DNA of 64,000 nucleotides from NCBI RefSeq assembly GCF_000315625.1, contig NW_005434615.1:68852-132851 (forward strand), given 5' to 3'. Both the position numbers and the translations under genes were made by a program. The DNA is from Guillardia theta CCMP2712 (taxonomy: Eukaryota > Protista > Cryptophyta). The notes beneath the pieces are model-generated. The model saw only the letters and a program-made list of their open reading frames with translations. It was not told the origin of the DNA and did not search any database. Positions 63,701 through 64,000 of the stretch are shown in pieces; within the stretch, counting starts at the first letter, position 1; each line of letters opens with the position of its first letter.

Positions 63701-64000
63701 TGGTGTTCAACTCAACTTTGGCATTTTCCAATCCCAAAGCTTTACAAGTTTCGAACCTCAGTATCAGCATGTCGATGCAAATGGATCTGCAATACCAAGA
63801 CAGCATCGTACTTTATTTGCCATACTTCAATCTCAATACTGTGAACATTCCACCGGAAAATGTGGTGATCGCCGTCGAACAACTGGAATCAGTTTATCCT
63901 TTAGCAGTTTTCTGGGATAATGCAACAAATATGCTCTCTTTGATGGTGAATGGCTCAATTCTAGCTGAATCCTTTGTTGTCATCAACGTTATTAGCACAG
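15729..64000 (+). CDS. Giant secreted/cell-surface repeat glycoprotein, >16,000 aa, 3' truncated; exon 1 15729-17517, intron 17518-17566, exon 2 17567 to >64000
   Basis: Splicing the 49-nt phase-1 GT-AG intron gives ...YDLIG-A-FVNTSLDYGTPGAAQRSSISIAFSPVM..., continuing the repeat motif of exon 1. The ORF track lists no frame +1 ORF anywhere after 17567, which implies no stop there. Every line I translated in frame +1 was open and repeat-like up to the last codons (LAESFVVINVIST). Hydrophobic signal IFRFSLIACVMTCCSLNFAHG-AS near the N-terminus; the true start could be Met 15807. Confidence 0.92.
33127..35265 (+). repeat. Coding tandem array of ~10.5 Cys-rich TNFR/GCC2-GCC3-like repeats (713 aa) within the giant protein
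   Basis: Units of ~60-75 aa with 8 Cys, pattern C-x4-C-x2-G-x-[YF]R-x2-C...D-x2-C-x2-C...C-x-[WF]-x-C-x2-G[FY]...C. Example: CNTSRCPLGFYRENCEFGRDSDAICKPC...CTFYCLAGYYLHGDTCLP. Confidence 0.85.
37240..37624 (+). repeat. Intragenic duplication family A, copy 1
   Basis: Identical by eye to 39670-40040 over 371 bp and, with one mismatch, to 42715-43099. Offsets 2430 and 5475 are multiples of 3. Confidence 0.95.
39497..40040 (+). repeat. Intragenic duplication family A, copy 2
   Basis: Matches 42542-43085 (offset 3045) with three mismatches seen (ata/gta, gat/gac, tac/tat). Its 3' 371 bp match copy 1. Confidence 0.95.
42542..43099 (+). repeat. Intragenic duplication family A, copy 3 (longest)
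   Basis: Shares its 5' extension with copy 2 and its 3' extension (aggagggtagaggttg) with copy 1. Confidence 0.95.
47456..47933 (+). repeat. Intragenic duplication family B, copy 1
   Basis: 478 bp matching 58259-58736 (offset 10803, in frame). Two mismatches seen, both synonymous (gcg/gct, gcg/gca). The identical antisense track ORFs at 47535 and 58338 confirm the match. Confidence 0.95.
58259..58736 (+). repeat. Intragenic duplication family B, copy 2
   Basis: See copy 1. It spans one full repeat unit, from GPVLPTPVQVVPPIGSF to GPILPTSISLVQPVGHFVQSELLYDP. Confidence 0.95.

Noticed and set aside
17705-63844. More than 150 short ORFs in the track on the minus strand and in frames +2/+3
   Set aside because: They are shadows of the continuous frame +1 CDS. 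None has a recognisable product, and identical ones (47535/58338, 39756/42801) simply mirror the intragenic duplications.

Overview
Eukaryotic nuclear DNA. Short 47-60 nt GT-AG introns and a signal peptide ending in the AxA-F plastid motif suggest a cryptophyte alga (Guillardia/Hanusia-like; inference). The first 15 kb is a compact, intron-rich gene cluster. It holds the 3' end of an SH2-domain gene, mitochondrial trifunctional-enzyme beta thiolase (HADHB-type), a divergent GATA-like zinc-finger protein, a probably plastid-targeted PPR protein with an internal EF-hand pair, the KEOPS kinase Bud32/PRPK, a protein with a duplicated unrecognised Cys/His domain, and COX19 (missed by the ORF track; probable GC-AG intron). 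The remaining 75% of the window (15729 to beyond 64000) is one giant gene that the ORF track omits because it has no stop codon in the window. It has a 1.8 kb first exon, one 49-nt intron, then a single open frame of at least 46,434 nt, encoding more than 16,000 aa. The protein looks secreted and heavily N-glycosylated. It is built from roughly 100 (estimate) divergent 130-160 aa beta-rich repeats whose loops carry inserts: a TNFR-like Cys array, disulfide-closed hairpins, a triplicated Cys mini-module and Ser/Asn spacers. It also has near-identical in-frame domain-sized duplications and GC-content mosaicism, pointing to recent domain copying within the gene. Gene models were spliced by eye and no database searches were run.
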